This document shows, piece after piece, positions 1 to 7,183 of a DNA stretch of 64,000 nt. The notes below the pieces were generated by a model. It was not told the DNA's origin and did no database searches. It saw only the letters and a program-made list of their open reading frames with translations. Source of the stretch: a virus. The DNA lies in the IMG/VR virus record IMGVR_UViG_3300030333_007705, positions 10,016 to 74,015 of that record, one strand, 5' to 3'. The first letter of the stretch is position 1; every line of letters starts with the position of its first letter. Made by a program: the position numbers and the translations under genes.

Positions 1-40
1 GCATGAGCAGTAATTTCGCATTATTTAATAAGTTCTTCAT
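1..40 (-). CDS. 5' end of a hypothetical protein running off the window (MKNLLNNAKLLLM...)
   Basis: ATG at 40 preceded by SD AAGGAG; frame open to the window edge. Confidence 0.5.
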   Translation of the reverse strand, partial: MKNLLNNAKLLLM

Positions 41-66
41 GATAATTTCTCCTTGTTGTTTGTATT

Positions 67-504
67 TTATGGCCTAGGCACGATTCTTAAGGTATCAACT
101 ATGTAATCAACGAGATTTTCCAGGGCGGTAACGCGCTTTTCTAGCTCGTGCGGCAGCGTTGGCATTGTACGTTGCGGTGGTCTGCGGTCATCTCCGGGTC
201 GTTCTGGCGGAAGGGCAGGGCCCAAGGACCGCTCTTTAATGGGAAGGGGCCCCCGCAGGTATTCGGGCTCGTCGCTTTCCAACTCTTCAACCCTTTCAAA
301 GAGTTCTACTATTGGATCCATAAACCGATTAAGTTTCGTACTCTGAGACGGCCTATTCTCAAGGCCGCCAAGGTCGATCGCCTCCGAGAGGGCGCGGACC
401 ATTTCAGCGCGCATCTGTCCCATGTGGCGCGCCTGCTTCTCATTAAGGGTTTTTTCTAATTCTTCTTTAATAAGCTTCTTTAAGCCTGATTTTGTAATTT
501 TCAT
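67..504 (-). CDS. Hypothetical protein with putative head-targeting N-terminus
   Basis: SD GGAGG; N-terminus MKITKSGLKKLIKEELEKTLNE. Confidence 0.75.
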   Translation of the reverse strand: MKITKSGLKKLIKEELEKTLNEKQARHMGQMRAEMVRALSEAIDLGGLENRPSQSTKLNRFMDPIVELFERVEELESDEPEYLRGPLPIKERSLGPALPPERPGDDRRPPQRTMPTLPHELEKRVTALENLVDYIVDTLRIVPRP

Positions 505-516
505 ATTGAGGCCCTC

Positions 517-882
517 CTACGGCCAATCCTGAGTTTCATCTGGATTCCAAGTTCTTAAGTCCCAGTTTCTATTATGCACGTCCACAGCCATGATCTCATT
601 CTCTGCACCAGCCTCTACCGAAACCAGACAATACGCTTTAAGTGATTTTACCTCCTCAGGGGTTTGCGGAATATCCGTATCATGCTCGTGTGCCCAACTG
701 AAATAAGCATTTTGTGCGTCTTCTTGTGTCCACGCGTTCCCAGCGGGAGTGTCTCGCAGCTGCCCACAATCTACAAGTGTATCACCGCCCTGGTTGTGGT
801 GATCCATGTCAATATTCTCGTTCAAGAAATACCTTGGATCTCTCCGCTTACCTTTATTTTTAATTGGTTTTCCGTATCTCAT
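517..882 (-). CDS. Hypothetical protein (N-terminus ...RRDPRYFLNE), probable virion internal protein
   Basis: 121-aa ORF, SD AGGAG, TAATG coupling to the upstream ORF. Confidence 0.7.
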   Translation of the reverse strand: MRYGKPIKNKGKRRDPRYFLNENIDMDHHNQGGDTLVDCGQLRDTPAGNAWTQEDAQNAYFSWAHEHDTDIPQTPEEVKSLKAYCLVSVEAGAENEIMAVDVHNRNWDLRTWNPDETQDWP

Positions 883-1076
883 TATTTACTCCTAAAACAG
901 CTCAAGCCCCCAGGAAACATGCCTTTCCAGGTGACTGCTCGTTCGGCTGTGTTTTTTTGTTTTTCTAAAGTAACCACCTTTTCTTCTAGCTCAGCAACTT
1001 TTGCTTCCAAAGCTCTTTTCTCTTGTTTAAGCTTTGCAATAATGTTTATTTTTTGCATGATACCGAACTGTTCCAC
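882..1076 (-). CDS. Small coiled-coil protein
   Basis: Heptad-like EKRALEAKVAELEEKVVTLEKQK; lies downstream of a late-type motif at 1106-1112. Confidence 0.55.
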   Translation of the reverse strand: MEQFGIMQKINIIAKLKQEKRALEAKVAELEEKVVTLEKQKNTAERAVTWKGMFPGGLSCFRSK

Positions 1077-1112
1077 AGGTGCATCCTTTTGTTGTCAGAC
1101 ACTAATATATAG

Positions 1113-1140
1113 TTTAATTTTAACTATAAGTTCCTATATT
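1113..1140 (+). promoter_or_regulatory. Sigma70-type phage promoter for the plus-strand operon
   Basis: TTTAAT-N16-TATATT with GTTCC just before -10, same consensus as the minus-strand promoters. Confidence 0.6.
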
Positions 1141-1157
1141 GTTAACAGGAGGTTGAC

Positions 1158-1274
1158 ATGATTATCTTTACGACGGTGGTAATCGCCGGAGTGTTGCTAA
1201 CAAGCCTGACGTGCAGGCTTTTGCTATCTGCACTCATTAATAATTGCATGCCCGCGCCCAAGGAGGCGAAATGA
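1158..1274 (+). CDS. 38-aa hydrophobic membrane peptide (not in ORF track)
   Basis: SD AGGAGG, MIIFTTVVIAGVLLTSLTCRLLLSALINN..., ATGA overlap with the next gene. Confidence 0.55.
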   Translation: MIIFTTVVIAGVLLTSLTCRLLLSALINNCMPAPKEAK

Positions 1275-1909
1275 AGAGGTTGATTGTTGGAGTGACGCTC
1301 GCCACAGTCATGCTCATGACCATATGTGGCACGCGCGCAAGCGCGGAAAAAAATTTCCAAACAGGGGACATTATCTTTCAAACCACACGAGGCAGATTGG
1401 CCACAGTGGTAGCGACAGCGACCCTTTCGAAGTATACACACGTTGGCATGGTTATCGTCAAGAAAGGAAAACCTTACGTAATCGAAGCCAGGAATCGGGG
1501 TGTAAAGATGCGACCATTGCACAAATTCACCGAAGCGGGCTTCGGAAAAAATTTTTCTGTTTTAAGGATCAACTATGGCCTTAGTGAAGAAGAAAAACGT
1601 AAGCTAGCCAATGAAGCCCGTAGCCATTTAGGCAAAAAATATGATAGCAAGTTTCGTTGGGACGATAAAAAGCTTTACTGTTCAGAGTTGGTGTACAAAT
1701 CTTACATGAATGCTTTGGGCCTTGAATTGAATACAACCGAGAAATTAGGTGATTTCTATTCTTCTTGGAACCCTATTATCAATGCTTATGTCGAGAGAAA
1801 ATATGGAAACAGCAAAAAGCTTCCCTTTGAAGAAGAGGCGATCACTCCCATACGTCTATACAAAAGCGATAAGCTTAAGCTAATTCACAGCACTTATCTA
1901 GTGCCTTAG
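1271..1909 (+). CDS. Permuted papain-like NlpC/P60 amidase, YiiX/YebB family, with signal peptide
   Basis: GDIIFQ, YTHVGMV (His), YCSELV (Cys) in permuted order; SD AGGAGG before ATG 1271; N-terminal signal ending ASA. Confidence 0.85.
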   Translation: MKRLIVGVTLATVMLMTICGTRASAEKNFQTGDIIFQTTRGRLATVVATATLSKYTHVGMVIVKKGKPYVIEARNRGVKMRPLHKFTEAGFGKNFSVLRINYGLSEEEKRKLANEARSHLGKKYDSKFRWDDKKLYCSELVYKSYMNALGLELNTTEKLGDFYSSWNPIINAYVERKYGNSKKLPFEEEAITPIRLYKSDKLKLIHSTYLVP

Positions 1910-2727
1910 ACGTTTACGATTTCCTCGTCTTTGTCATCGATAGCATAGTCGATAATAGAATCAGGTTTGGCAAGGAATGCCTTTCTCATGGAAAGGCCGC
2001 TTCCTTCGCCACCTCCGGCACTCAAAACCTCGGCCACAAACGTCGCGCAATTTTCCCCGCCTGCGGCGGGGCCTAAAAAGTTGTACGGTTTCATTCGGCC
2101 CGTTTTTGAGTTAGCATAGGCGAAAGCGCGTTCGGCGTTAATTCCTCGAACCAAAGCAACCTTCATTTGGCTTTGCCCTGAGTAGTTTTTAAACTTTCTG
2201 TATGCTTTGACGTTAGCTAGGTACTCATCCTGGTTTTTTAAGCTACCATCATAATCCCATATAGCCCTGCCTTTCATTCTCCAAGGCCCGCGCACGAGGC
2301 CGCCACCCTCTTTTAGGTTCGCTTTCGTCTCAGGTTCCTTACCTGTGATCCCTACAGACTGGGCCCCATACAGATACTTGCCAAAATCGAAGTAACGTCC
2401 TACACCTTTCTTGTCAATTATTACAATCCCAGCGTGCCCCAGGGGGAAGCCCAGTTTATCTGGGATGATCCCTTTCTCACGCGCTTTGTTGTATATATCC
2501 GACTTGGTTGTTTTTGGCATGTTGAACTCGTATTCTGGCCAGGCAATGGCTAGCGCGTTTACCCTCCGCATGTTTGGGTTCTCGATTGCCGCTTCCCTAG
2601 CTCTCGCCGCATCGGCTTCTGGGTCCTCATCTTTAAACCCAAACGGATCTAGCCACGATCGTTCGCTTAATACGGCCTTGGTCTCTTCTAATATGATCTG
2701 TCTTAGCAAATCTTGACTAATCTTCAT
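1906..2727 (-). CDS. Permuted papain-fold peptidase-like protein with head-targeting N-terminus
   Basis: GHAGIV...YNFL...ENCATFV; N-terminus MKISQDLLRQIILEETKAVLSE; CTATTTA motif 5 nt upstream of ATG 2727. Confidence 0.65.
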   Translation of the reverse strand: MKISQDLLRQIILEETKAVLSERSWLDPFGFKDEDPEADAARAREAAIENPNMRRVNALAIAWPEYEFNMPKTTKSDIYNKAREKGIIPDKLGFPLGHAGIVIIDKKGVGRYFDFGKYLYGAQSVGITGKEPETKANLKEGGGLVRGPWRMKGRAIWDYDGSLKNQDEYLANVKAYRKFKNYSGQSQMKVALVRGINAERAFAYANSKTGRMKPYNFLGPAAGGENCATFVAEVLSAGGGEGSGLSMRKAFLAKPDSIIDYAIDDKDEEIVNV

Positions 2728-2732
2728 GCTTG

Positions 2733-2739
2733 TAAATAG
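2733..2739 (-). promoter_or_regulatory. Late-promoter motif CTATTTA (leaderless transcript)
   Basis: Same heptamer precedes the tail tube and tape measure genes. Confidence 0.65.
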
Positions 2740-3213
2740 TTTATACTCTCGCAAATGTTCTTATATTGTTAGTGTGATTATGCAGTCCTCACCTTACCCT
2801 TCCCTAGGGGCCATGTTAACTAACTACAGGAAATCATTATGTTCTGAAAAACTCAAATCTGAAAATTTACCCGCGCAGCGTAAACGTATATAGCCCGCAT
2901 TTGAGCACCCTTTTATTTACAGGGACTTACATTCGGGGATTCTCTATCCCCCCTCCCCCTACCCCCTTGAAATCAAACAGTTTTTTTGTCAAGAAAATAG
3001 TAGATTATTTTGCGCTCAAATGTAACTTAATGTGTGTAAAATATACACACTCTAAGCTGCCAGAATCACTAGGGTTATCTGTCAAGAGGAAAGATTCACC
3101 ACTTGTAACTTTGGCTATGCAATACTTGCGGAGTGTGAGTGTGCATATTCGCTACACTCTAACCTCGCGTGATTACTGCACAATACGAGTTTAACATATT
3201 GAGCAGGTTTTGT

Positions 3214-3441
3214 TCAGGTCGGGGTGTCACTTTTGTCACTCTCCTTAGTGCCATTGACAATATGTGGCCAGCCATCAACGAAGCTGATCTCTATCTGACC
3301 AAGGATATATTTGTCTAAGGCATCGCTCAAAACCGTAGCAATATCAAGGCGATTGGCCTTGGCAAACTCATCTACGAGCCTGTGCATCTTGTATTCCGTG
3401 AAGTCGATTACGTTGTCATTTTCAATATGCTCCTCTGTCAT
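3214..3441 (-). CDS. Hypothetical protein (leaderless)
   Basis: ATG lies 6 nt after -10 TATATT of the promoter at 3448-3475. Confidence 0.7.
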   Translation of the reverse strand: MTEEHIENDNVIDFTEYKMHRLVDEFAKANRLDIATVLSDALDKYILGQIEISFVDGWPHIVNGTKESDKSDTPT

Positions 3442-3588
3442 ATACACAATATAGGAACCGTCGAAGTAAAGTCTATACTTTGAACAGGTAGTGCCTAGAC
3501 TATATTGTGTGTATTATTTCTACACACTTTGTCACCGCTTCTCGTTGGTGGGTAGGCACCCTGCATCCTGTGGACTGTGCATAGCCTT

Positions 3589-3605
3589 ATGCAAAATACG
3601 TGCCA
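3589..3605 (-). promoter_or_regulatory. Sigma54 (-24/-12) promoter
   Basis: TGGCACGTATTTTGCAT is a perfect TGGCACG-N4-TTGCW match, intergenic. Confidence 0.6.
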
Positions 3606-3630
3606 GGTTGCTGACTTCTACCCAGAAAAC

Positions 3631-3822
3631 TTAGAAGGGTATGTCGTCATCCTCGAAGGGGACTGGAACCATCCATGATGGGATACCTCTCTGTAGTAGG
3701 CTCTCCATCTGCTTAAAGGCCATTCGTGGGCCTCTTATGGAACCTTTCTTTTGTTTACCATCCTCGATCCAATGGACGCGGTAGAGGGTCGTCCAGGTGT
3801 CTTCTGGGCGTTGACCAAACAT
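3631..3822 (-). CDS. Hypothetical protein with SSB-like acidic tail DDDIPF
   Basis: 63-aa ORF, TAATG coupling, C-terminus FEDDDIPF. Confidence 0.65.
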   Translation of the reverse strand: MFGQRPEDTWTTLYRVHWIEDGKQKKGSIRGPRMAFKQMESLLQRGIPSWMVPVPFEDDDIPF

Positions 3823-4076
3823 TAGTTTAGTTCCCTCGGCTTCTCTGCGAGGTGCAGGTGTCGTCCTTGGTCATCCTCGACCCAGACAGGCCAGCCGGTG
3901 GCGAGCCATTGTCGTGCAGTGATCTCGACTTGCTGAAGGTTGGGCGTATCATAGCGCTGGACCCCTCCAGAACCGTCAGGAACGCACAGATACCACGTTG
4001 TCGCGACTTCCTCTGCCTTTTGGGGTGCAGGGCCTAGAAGGGCGCTTACGAGGGCGCTGAGAGTGTCTCTACTCAT
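3822..4076 (-). CDS. Hypothetical protein
   Basis: ORF translationally coupled on both sides. Confidence 0.65.
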   Translation of the reverse strand: MSRDTLSALVSALLGPAPQKAEEVATTWYLCVPDGSGGVQRYDTPNLQQVEITARQWLATGWPVWVEDDQGRHLHLAEKPRELN

Positions 4077-4332
4077 TTTCTTTTGTCTCCTCGACCATGA
4101 AGTTCAGGTCGTCTGTCTGGCGTATCCATCGCCAGTGTTTGTCAGGGTCGCTCAGGGCTCTGAGCAGTGCAATCGGTGTGCCCTCTGGGTGGACACTGTG
4201 GCGTCTCGCTACCTTTAGCTCTGTGACCCTCCACAGGGCTCCTTGTTCCCTCACACGGTTCTTCCCGTGCTTGGTCTTGCCTGTGAGGGTCAGGATGTCT
4301 CCTACGTCCATTTTCTTTGTACCCTCGGCCAT
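4069..4332 (-). CDS. SH3/KOW-like small protein (DVGDIL)
   Basis: Start uncertain (4332 or 4311); VGD motif followed by beta-rich sequence. Confidence 0.6.
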   Translation of the reverse strand: MAEGTKKMDVGDILTLTGKTKHGKNRVREQGALWRVTELKVARRHSVHPEGTPIALLRALSDPDKHWRWIRQTDDLNFMVEETKENE

Positions 4333-4333
4333 C

Positions 4334-5167
4334 TTAGAAGGAGGCGCGGAGCATGGCCTTGACGCCATCGGCTCCGAACGAGCGGGTGAAGTGGTCAGCG
4401 AGCTTCACGCGAAGCTGCTTCTCAATCTGACCAACGCGCTGCTTGGTCACGCCAAAGGACTTGGCGCAGCGCTGCTCCTCACCGAGCAGGTCGTTGATGA
4501 TGCGACCGCGCAGGATGGCTGCGTGGTTGGGCTTGAGGCCCTCGACAAAGGACGCCAGAGCGCGGGCGATAGCCTCGCTGTTCTGGGTGCGCTCCATGCG
4601 CGTATCCTGGCGAAGCTGCCCGTCAGGGATAATGGTTGCGACGGTGCCACCGTCAGCGGTGAGCGGCTTGTCGAGCGACACTCCACGGGAAGCCATCGAG
4701 GCGAGACACTCGCGCACGTCATCGGCGTCGAGGTCGAGGTGGGCAGCAATCTGCTCTGGGGTCGCGTCAGCGCCGATGGTCTTCTGAGCCTTCTGGAGCG
4801 AGGACCAGAGCTTCTTGGCAGTGCGGGAGCCGCAGTGCAGCGTACCGGCGTTGGCCTGGACGTGCTCCTGGCACTTGGCAGTCATCCACATGCGAGCGTA
4901 GGTCGTGAAGGACGCCTGCTTGGTGGCGTCGAACTTGCCAGCGGCGATGATGATGCCCTCGGTCGCACAGGCGAGGAGGTCGTTGAAGTCAACGCCACGT
5001 CGGACGTGCTTCTTGGCGACCTTGTGGGCGAGGCGAATGTTGGCACCGATGAGGCGCTCAAGGGACTTCTCGTCGCCCGTGGACTGGTAGTCGGCGCAGA
5101 GGTCAATCTGCTCGGACTTGCTGAGGATGATGCAGGTGGCGGCGATGGTCGTAAGAAGGTTCGTCAT
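4334..5167 (-). CDS. Sigma70-family RNA polymerase sigma factor, RpoH/sigma32-like
   Basis: Region 2 (LIGANIRLAHKVAKK; DLLACATEGIIIAAGKFD; FTTYARMW), RpoH-box-like segment GSRTAKKLWSSL, SLDKP, region 4 FGVTKQRVGQIE. Confidence 0.88.
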   Translation of the reverse strand: MTNLLTTIAATCIILSKSEQIDLCADYQSTGDEKSLERLIGANIRLAHKVAKKHVRRGVDFNDLLACATEGIIIAAGKFDATKQASFTTYARMWMTAKCQEHVQANAGTLHCGSRTAKKLWSSLQKAQKTIGADATPEQIAAHLDLDADDVRECLASMASRGVSLDKPLTADGGTVATIIPDGQLRQDTRMERTQNSEAIARALASFVEGLKPNHAAILRGRIINDLLGEEQRCAKSFGVTKQRVGQIEKQLRVKLADHFTRSFGADGVKAMLRASF

Positions 5168-5208
5168 GTTGGGTTCTCCAGGGTTGTTGACGTTGTGCCT
5201 ATATATAT

Positions 5209-5225
5209 TGCAGGTTCCGTGCCAA
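5209..5225 (-). promoter_or_regulatory. Sigma54 (-24/-12) promoter upstream of the sigma factor gene
   Basis: TTGGCACGGAACCTGCA, GG-N10-GC spacing exact; no sigma70-type phage promoter seen here. Confidence 0.6.
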
Positions 5226-5317
5226 CTTTGGCTTTTCAGCCATTTTTTTTACTTATTGAATGATTCCAGGGGGTTGCAGTCTTCTCTCTCTCGCCACTCT
5301 GGCCAGGAGAGCCTCAA

Positions 5318-5382
5318 GTGCGTACTTGGTTACGCACTTTTGTGTATCTCGTTACACACTAAGTGCGTACTTTTTGACACAC
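5318..5382. repeat. Three phased palindromes GTGYGTA-N6-TACRCAC (candidate enhancer sites)
   Basis: Copies start at 5318, 5340 and 5363 (22-23 bp period). Confidence 0.6.
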
Positions 5383-5580
5383 CTGTGCTCGTCGGGCCTT
5401 CCGGGCCTTCCGGGCGCAACCCTTGCAGGTGGCGAGGACAGGAGCCCAGTAGCCCACCGCAGACTGTGCCCAATGGACGTTCAGCTTCCGTCGCTGGCCA
5501 GGGGTCACGCAGTAGTCGTCAGCGTCACAGACGCCAATCTCGACGCGCTCAGAGGGATGGATGGGTGCTTGGTTCGTCAT
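5359..5580 (-). CDS. Small Cys-containing hypothetical protein
   Basis: GGAGACGAC-ATG leader; promoter at 5609-5636. Confidence 0.6.
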   Translation of the reverse strand: MTNQAPIHPSERVEIGVCDADDYCVTPGQRRKLNVHWAQSAVGYWAPVLATCKGCARKARKARRAQVCQKVRT

Positions 5581-5641
5581 GTCGTCTCCGTGTCTCTCGT
5601 ACACCTATAAAGTAAGAACCAGAATCGGCCAGACAAGGGGG

Positions 5642-5887
5642 TCATGTCGTTTTTTTGAAAGATTCTTCATCTTTCTTATAACCCTTTGAAATCACTATGA
5701 TTTTTGATGCTGGATACCATCTGTCGTACCCATCGGGTAGATAGAGGCTCTCAGGCGGCTGCAACCACCTGACGCGATACCAGCCACCCTTATCGACGTT
5801 CAGCACCAGCGCTGGCCCTCGTGGTTCATCCGAGAAGGGAGCCCGCAAGCGAACGAGGTCGCCAACTTCAGGCACCGACTCAGCCAT
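5642..5887 (-). CDS. SH3/KOW-like small protein (EVGDLV)
   Basis: VGDLVRL...ALVL...YRVRW...IIVIS. Confidence 0.7.
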   Translation of the reverse strand: MAESVPEVGDLVRLRAPFSDEPRGPALVLNVDKGGWYRVRWLQPPESLYLPDGYDRWYPASKIIVISKGYKKDEESFKKTT

Positions 5888-6179
5888 TGATGGCTCTCTG
5901 GCGCTTCAGCCAGAGCAGAGCGCGGGACTCAGCAGAGCCGCCCTCGAAGACAGTCGCGCCGCAGAGCGGTCGCTCTTGAGCGTCAAAATGTCCGCAGATA
6001 AAACGGTCGTTGGACCGAGCGATGGCAACCTGTGTGCCGTCACCGAGCCATGCACGACGGAACATTGTGTGCGGCATGTTCCGCGCAGGGATTCGCACCT
6101 GACCGATACGGGGCTTGCCCTCGTTTCGCGCTGCTCGCTTGTGGTCGCCTCGGACTGAAATCTTCTGATTCTTACGCAT
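5880..6179 (-). CDS. Hypothetical basic protein
   Basis: GGAGACGAC-ATG leader; promoter at 6208-6235. Confidence 0.65.
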   Translation of the reverse strand: MRKNQKISVRGDHKRAARNEGKPRIGQVRIPARNMPHTMFRRAWLGDGTQVAIARSNDRFICGHFDAQERPLCGATVFEGGSAESRALLWLKRQRAING

Positions 6180-6277
6180 GTCGTCTCCTTGTCTCTTCGA
6201 CACCTATACAGTAGGCACGGATTCTCGTGGGTAAAGGGGCGCGAGCAAAAAACTATGCACGCACGAGCAAAAAACTT

Positions 6278-6439
6278 TCAACCCTTTGGAATGATTAGGG
6301 TTATTGTACCCTCGCGAGAGCCATAAGCCTCGCGGGTCTTGTTCTTCTCGATGGTCGCCGCCACGTCCTCGATGGACCAGCAGCCAATGCGGGACTGGAA
6401 TCGCTCCCACTCGCTTGGCTTGTGGAAGATGATTTCCAC
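6278..6439 (-). CDS. Hypothetical protein
   Basis: GTG with GGAG SD right after the upstream stop. Confidence 0.45.
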   Translation of the reverse strand: MEIIFHKPSEWERFQSRIGCWSIEDVAATIEKNKTREAYGSREGTITLIIPKG

Positions 6440-6440
6440 T

Positions 6441-6665
6441 TTAATCTCCGCAACTTGGGGGGTGTGACCAGTTCGCATACTGCCAGTCAGAGATGATGCG
6501 GGCCTTGCAAAGCTGGTCTGTCCAGTTGTTCCAAGCCTCGGAGCGGGCTGGGATGTCGGGCTCGCCGTCCTGCTCGTGGATATACTTAATCAGGGGCATC
6601 ATCTCTTCTTCAAAGACGCGCACGGCATCTGCGTGCAGCATCACTTTTGGAATGTCTCTCGCCAT
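6441..6665 (-). CDS. Phage hypothetical protein (DIPARSEAWNNWTDQLCK motif)
   Basis: SD GAGGAG, TAATG coupling. Confidence 0.7.
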   Translation of the reverse strand: MARDIPKVMLHADAVRVFEEEMMPLIKYIHEQDGEPDIPARSEAWNNWTDQLCKARIISDWQYANWSHPPSCGD

Positions 6666-6805
6666 TATAGCTCCTCTACTGTGACTCTTGCCGTCTCTAA
6701 CAGGACGTGCCAAGAATCGACTGTGAACTCGATTATCTCCACTCCCCAGAGCGCACACACAGCGATGAGCGCGGCTGCGAGGAGGAGTCTCCCGATTGTA
6801 ATCAC
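6665..6805 (-). CDS. 46-aa membrane peptide (not in ORF track)
   Basis: MITIGRLLLAAALIAVCALWGVE...; fills the gap exactly, with overlaps on both sides. Confidence 0.5.
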   Translation of the reverse strand: MITIGRLLLAAALIAVCALWGVEIIEFTVDSWHVLLETARVTVEEL

Positions 6806-6993
6806 TAGAACTTGACCTCGACTGAGCCCACGGTCGCGTAGCTATTGCACGCACCGACGAACTTGCTGATGTCGAAGCGCGGGTTCACGTTCTTCAGCTT
6901 GACTGCGAAGTTCATCGCGACCGTGTGACGGGTCTTGCTGTCTTCGATGGTCTTAACAACGTCTGCAATCATTTGGAAATCTTTGCGGGTCAT
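6805..6993 (-). CDS. Phage hypothetical protein (MTRKDFQMIA...NPRFD family)
   Basis: SD AGGAG; promoter at 7020-7047. Confidence 0.75.
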   Translation of the reverse strand: MTRKDFQMIADVVKTIEDSKTRHTVAMNFAVKLKNVNPRFDISKFVGACNSYATVGSVEVKF

Positions 6994-7084
6994 GTCCACT
7001 CCTTTGTTGGGACACTTGTAATGTAGGTACGCTCTCGCGCAGGTAAACAGGCACGAGTAAAAAACTTACAAGTGCCTGGAATCT

Positions 7085-7183
7085 CTAGTCTTTATCTGAG
7101 ATGTATTTCATTGTCACGAAGGCAGCTAGCCCCATGAGGGCATACAGGCCCAAGGCTTTGATAATCATCATGGTCCAGTCCAT
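7085..7183 (-). CDS. 32-aa membrane peptide
   Basis: TGATG coupling to the vWA gene; hydrophobic segment. Confidence 0.45.
   Translation of the reverse strand: MDWTMMIIKALGLYALMGLAAFVTMKYISDKD

Noticed and set aside
2901-3194. 97-aa plus-strand ORF in the non-coding gap
   Set aside because: TTG start without SD, runs through C-tracts and DNA motifs, no protein-like features
6698-6713. TTGGCACG as a sigma54 promoter
   Set aside because: No GC at the -12 position, and it lies inside a small ORF
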